Source: an uncultured Thermoproteaceae archaeon
Lineage (GTDB): Archaea; Thermoproteota; Thermoprotei; Thermoproteales; Thermocladiaceae
Direction: 5' to 3'
DNA: 64,000 nucleotides
NCBI GenBank assembly: GCA_964575955.1
Contig: CAZNTG010000015.1
Span: 19,943-83,942, forward strand
This document shows, piece after piece, positions 60,140-64,000 of this stretch. Each line of letters opens with the position of its first letter. The first letter of the stretch is position 1. The notes under the pieces were generated by a model. It made no database searches, was not told the origin of the DNA, and was given only the letters and a program-made list of their open reading frames with translations. Position numbers and translations under genes: made by a program.

Positions 60140-60663
60140 TACTCTTTCAATATTTTACTAATCTCTCTTCTTAAAGCTTGACATATATTATACATATCTC
60201 TATAAATCTCTTCATCATTAAACTCATCTGGAATATATCTATCATATTCATACCATCTAGGTATAACATGAATATGTAGATGTTCTTCAAGTCCTGCACC
60301 TGCAACTCTACCAATATTTATACCAACATTCATATAGTCTGGCTTGACAACTATGTTAATTGCTTTTAAAGTTGCTTTTAAAATTTTAGAGTAGTCTAAT
60401 AGTTCATCATCATCTAAATCTGATATACTTGGTACATGTCTCATAGGTGCTATCAATACATGACCTCTACTGTAGGGATATCTATTCATTATTACAACAC
60501 TATGTCTAGATCTGTAAACTACTAGATTTTCATCATCTCTATTCTCCTTCAAGTATTGACATATAAAACACTGCATCTTTCCTCTGAGTCCTGTCCTTAT
60601 ATATGTCAATCTCCATGGACTGAAAAGTATTTTATAGTTTGGCTCTTCCATATTTAATAACAT
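60139..60663 (-). CDS. HIT-family hydrolase
   Basis: SPWR..Y, CFIC, NRYPY..GH and HLHIHVIPR motifs. Confidence 0.93.
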   Translation of the reverse strand: MLLNMEEPNYKILFSPWRLTYIRTGLRGKMQCFICQYLKENRDDENLVVYRSRHSVVIMNRYPYSRGHVLIAPMRHVPSISDLDDDELLDYSKILKATLKAINIVVKPDYMNVGINIGRVAGAGLEEHLHIHVIPRWYEYDRYIPDEFNDEEIYRDMYNICQALRREISKILKE

Positions 60664-60686
60664 TTCATATTTCTAGGTATTTAGAT

Positions 60687-60959
60687 TTAACCAAAACGAT
60701 ACCAAACGCCAAATCCATCTTCTGGATAACTCCATCTTACAGCATTTAATGGACATACTATTCTACATGTACCACATTCTAAACATGCATCATGGTAAAA
60801 TACTATATCACCATCAGGTGTTTCTCTATAACAACCTGCAGGACATAGCTTAGTACATGGTCTTATTCTACAATTTCTACACTTGGTATAGTCAACCTCT
60901 ATGTGAGATTTTAGATGTGTTAAATATGCATTTACTCTAACCTTCTCATCAAAACTCAT
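60687..60959 (-). CDS. fixX: FixX-type ferredoxin
   Basis: CPAGCY, CLECGTCRIVCP and W.YP..GFGV.YRFG. Confidence 0.92.
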   Translation of the reverse strand: MSFDEKVRVNAYLTHLKSHIEVDYTKCRNCRIRPCTKLCPAGCYRETPDGDIVFYHDACLECGTCRIVCPLNAVRWSYPEDGFGVWYRFG

Positions 60960-60992
60960 AATTTGAATGGAGTATGCATGTATTAATATTTT

Positions 60993-62279
60993 TCACATCT
61001 TTCTAAACTTCTTAATATAATCTATAGCTATATTCCATATTGATAATCCATGTCTTCTAGATGCTATATAGAATGCTTCACTCATACTTTTAACATAATC
61101 TTTAACTTCTAGATAATTTCTAGCAAAGTCAACTATAAAACCGACATATTTCCTATATATATCCTCAGCCTTGTAATATTGGTAAACTTTTCTAAATAAT
61201 TCTAAATCTCTAATCATTGATGAATTCTTCATATACTTCATAAGATATTGATTAAATCTATCATAGGTATATTCTCTCTCCTTCTCTCTCTCCATCATAT
61301 CTACTATAGCTCTAGCTGTGAATAATCCTGAAAGTACTGCATAGTCAACACCTCTAATTATAGGTCCAATATGTACTATATAGCCACCTGCATCACCAAT
61401 AACTGCAAGTCTATTTACAGGACTTATAGATGGTAGTGGTGTTACAGGTACTAACTTTGCACCATATTCAACACGTTCACCATATTTAACAACTTGTCTA
61501 AATAGTGGTAGTTTGTATATATTTTCGAAAAATTTTATTATAGAATTCTTAATCTTGTAGTAATGTGATAGATATATTACAAATCCAATATGTACATATC
61601 CTCTATCTATATACATAAATGCACCTCCAGGAATGTATCCGAGAACTTCTCCAAGAGCTAGAACTGTCATACTTTTATCATCTTCAAGATCGAAAATCTT
61701 ATTAATATCATTAGAATCTACTCTATAGACTTCTTTTAAACCAAGTGCAACATTATCTGGAGATATCTTATCTACAAGTTTTGAATTTTCTAATAATATC
61801 CTATTAACACCTTCAGAATCTATTATGAAGTCTGCATTTAAAGTATCTACTCCACATCTAACACCTCTAACATTACCATCCTGTACTATGAGTGAGTCAA
61901 CTCTAGCACTTGTAACTAATATACCTCCACTAGACTCAACTTTCTGTGCTAAATTCTCTACAAATCTTGTCAATGATGTAACAACACCACCACTCCAATC
62001 ATCTGCTTCAATAGTGAAGTATAGTGATGTTTTTCCATATGTGAGCATTATAGTCTCACGAATAACTCTTCTACCAATCTTCTGAATATCTTTAGCAATA
62101 TCTGAAGAATGTTTTTCAATCTCAGATATGTATATCCTACCACCATACATATTTTTAGATCCAGGTCTCTTACCTCTCTCCAACACAACAACTTTAAACC
62201 CTCTTCTACATAGTTCATATGCTGCTGCTAGTCCTGCAGGTCCAGCACCAACAATGATAATATCAAACTTATGAGACAC
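60993..62279 (-). CDS. fixC: FixC-type FAD-dependent ETF:quinone oxidoreductase
   Basis: GAGPAG, ERG..PGSKN.YGG, GGAFMY and IGDAG motifs; upstream of fixX. Confidence 0.88.
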   Translation of the reverse strand: MSHKFDIIIVGAGPAGLAAAYELCRRGFKVVVLERGKRPGSKNMYGGRIYISEIEKHSSDIAKDIQKIGRRVIRETIMLTYGKTSLYFTIEADDWSGGVVTSLTRFVENLAQKVESSGGILVTSARVDSLIVQDGNVRGVRCGVDTLNADFIIDSEGVNRILLENSKLVDKISPDNVALGLKEVYRVDSNDINKIFDLEDDKSMTVLALGEVLGYIPGGAFMYIDRGYVHIGFVIYLSHYYKIKNSIIKFFENIYKLPLFRQVVKYGERVEYGAKLVPVTPLPSISPVNRLAVIGDAGGYIVHIGPIIRGVDYAVLSGLFTARAIVDMMEREKEREYTYDRFNQYLMKYMKNSSMIRDLELFRKVYQYYKAEDIYRKYVGFIVDFARNYLEVKDYVKSMSEAFYIASRRHGLSIWNIAIDYIKKFRKM

Positions 62280-62320
62280 CTATCAACTATTTTAAAGATC
62301 CTTTTCAGTTTAATGCTTCT

Positions 62321-62545
62321 ATGAGTATCGAGATTGTGTATGAGGACATTAAGAAGGATCTAGCATTACAACATCCTGATGCTTATCACGTAGATATTAT
62401 TAGAGTAGATGATTGTGGTGATAATCTGAAGATAACAGCTGAAGTTAAGACACCAACAACATATCTAGTATATGAGTATGTTATTGATAAAAATAGTATG
62501 AAAATTATTGAGAAAAAACTTCTATATGCAATACCAATGTTATGA
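62321..62545 (+). CDS. small hypothetical protein
   Basis: 74-aa ORF with ATGA overlap into the methyltransferase. Confidence 0.6.
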   Translation: MSIEIVYEDIKKDLALQHPDAYHVDIIRVDDCGDNLKITAEVKTPTTYLVYEYVIDKNSMKIIEKKLLYAIPML

Positions 62546-63843
62546 CATTAAATATTGAAGAGATAATAAACTTCATATCTAAGATACTGTACATAGTTTT
62601 GAAAAATGAAATATCTATAGATAAGGCATTTCAGAGAGTTAAAGCTAGATGGAGAAATTTAGAATCATTCAAAGTATATTATGATATAGCACAGAGTGTT
62701 GTTAGAGAATACTACAAGTTAAAATACATATCTAAAAGATTGTTTAATTCAGAATCTTGTAAAGATATTGTTAGAACATGGCTTATAGTTGAAGGTTTTA
62801 AGTATTTTAAAAAGAGAGATATTGTTGAGAAGTATGTTAAGAAATTGTTCAAGAAGAGAGGTTTGAAAATTGAAAATCTAGAGAGCTACGTATTGGACAT
62901 GATTGAAGAGTTGAAGTATGTTGACTATGCTCAATATCTATCAATAAAATATTCGTACCCTATAGAGTTTGTCAAAACATTACTAGAACTACTACATCCA
63001 AATGATGTTGAGAAAATTCTTGAAAGTATGAATAGTCAGGTAGTGTGGTTAAGAGTAAATACCTTGAAAATAGATGTTGATAAATGTATAAAGATTTTAG
63101 AGAGTCAAGGTTTGAGAGTTGAAGTAGACAGAGATATACCATACCTATTGAGAGTTGTTGAAGCTAGAAGACCTGTACATCATGTTGAAGCTGTAAGACA
63201 GTTTTTAGCAATACCACAAGATAAGGCATCAATATTGACAGTACATGCACTAGATCCTCAACCTGGAGATTACATTCTAGATCTATGTGCAGCACCTGGA
63301 ATGAAGACTAGTCTAATGATGCAAATTACAGAAAATAGAGTTCATGTAGTAGCTGTAGATATATCTAGAGATAGGTTGAGAAATATGGTATACATATTGA
63401 AGAGGTGTGGTGTTGATATTGATAGAGTAGATATAGTTCTTGGAGATTCAAAAATATTGAAATTTAGAAAACATGTAGATAAGATTCTAATTGATGCACC
63501 ATGTTCTTCAAGTGGTGCTATAGGTAAAGATCCTGCTATTAAGATAGCTTTGAGAGGATTGAAAAGATTGAGATGGTATGTAGATATTCAATATGGATTA
63601 GTTAAGAATGTTGTAGAACAATTTAAAGATATTGAAATTATATATGCAACATGTTCATTACTACCTCAAGAAGGTGAGGAAATTATAGAGAAGATATATG
63701 AGAATTATAGTATCGACATAGTTAGACCTAGAATATCTGCATCTTATGGATATTCAAAATATAGAATTTTTAATAAAGTATGTAGAACATTTCCACACTT
63801 AGATATGTGTGAAGGATTTTTTATATCTAAAATAGTTTGCTAA
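62542..63843 (+). CDS. RsmB/NOP2-family RNA m5C methyltransferase
   Basis: LRVNTLK, QDKAS, DLCAAPGMKT, DAPCS and YATCS motifs. Confidence 0.95.
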   Translation: MTLNIEEIINFISKILYIVLKNEISIDKAFQRVKARWRNLESFKVYYDIAQSVVREYYKLKYISKRLFNSESCKDIVRTWLIVEGFKYFKKRDIVEKYVKKLFKKRGLKIENLESYVLDMIEELKYVDYAQYLSIKYSYPIEFVKTLLELLHPNDVEKILESMNSQVVWLRVNTLKIDVDKCIKILESQGLRVEVDRDIPYLLRVVEARRPVHHVEAVRQFLAIPQDKASILTVHALDPQPGDYILDLCAAPGMKTSLMMQITENRVHVVAVDISRDRLRNMVYILKRCGVDIDRVDIVLGDSKILKFRKHVDKILIDAPCSSSGAIGKDPAIKIALRGLKRLRWYVDIQYGLVKNVVEQFKDIEIIYATCSLLPQEGEEIIEKIYENYSIDIVRPRISASYGYSKYRIFNKVCRTFPHLDMCEGFFISKIVC

Positions 63844-63999
63844 TTAGGCAGTTGCTTTTGGTGTTGTTAGTTTTTGTTTTATTTTTTCTATTGTTTCTGG
63901 GTGTTTTTGTTTGTAGTGTTTGTATATGTTGTTTAGTGTTTTTAGTGCATTTTCTCCTTCTTCAATCTCTTCACCACAAAGCTTACACCTCAAACCCTC
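63844..63999 (-). CDS. 3' end of a C2H2 zinc-finger protein (truncated by window edge)
   Basis: Manual translation EGLRCKLCGEE...IYKHYKQKHPE...* (CxxC...HxxxxH). Confidence 0.7.
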   Translation of the reverse strand, partial: EGLRCKLCGEEIEEGENALKTLNNIYKHYKQKHPETIEKIKQKLTTPKATA

Positions 64000-64000
64000 C

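Overview
AT-rich chromosomal segment of a thermophilic archaeon, almost certainly Thermoproteales (Thermoproteota). The assignment rests on ThermoDBP (11733-12407), a short type-T RNase P RNA (16784-16999), NMD3, prefoldin beta, Pcc1, archaeal PEP carboxylase and pantoate kinase. Most of the window is housekeeping and metabolism: a reduced complex-I-like nuo operon (A, fused B-D, J, K, M, L, N), a split fixAB/fixCX set, thi4, glyA, a Zn/Mn ABC transporter and a solo Cas4. Several non-coding RNAs are not in the ORF track: RNase P RNA, four box C/D guide candidates and one K-turn hairpin RNA. The main accessory feature is a ~15 kb island (about 34.4-49.5 kb) that looks compositionally distinct. 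It encodes a type IV pilus-like machine: a secretion ATPase, a TadC-like platform, two class III pilins, about seven leaderless pilin-like proteins and a 913-aa adhesin-like protein. Interleaved with these are two ParA/MinD-family ATPases and four small cytoplasmic proteins (two coiled-coil, one very basic, one acidic), which suggests a pilus with its own positioning module. All calls come from reading motifs by eye; no searches were run.
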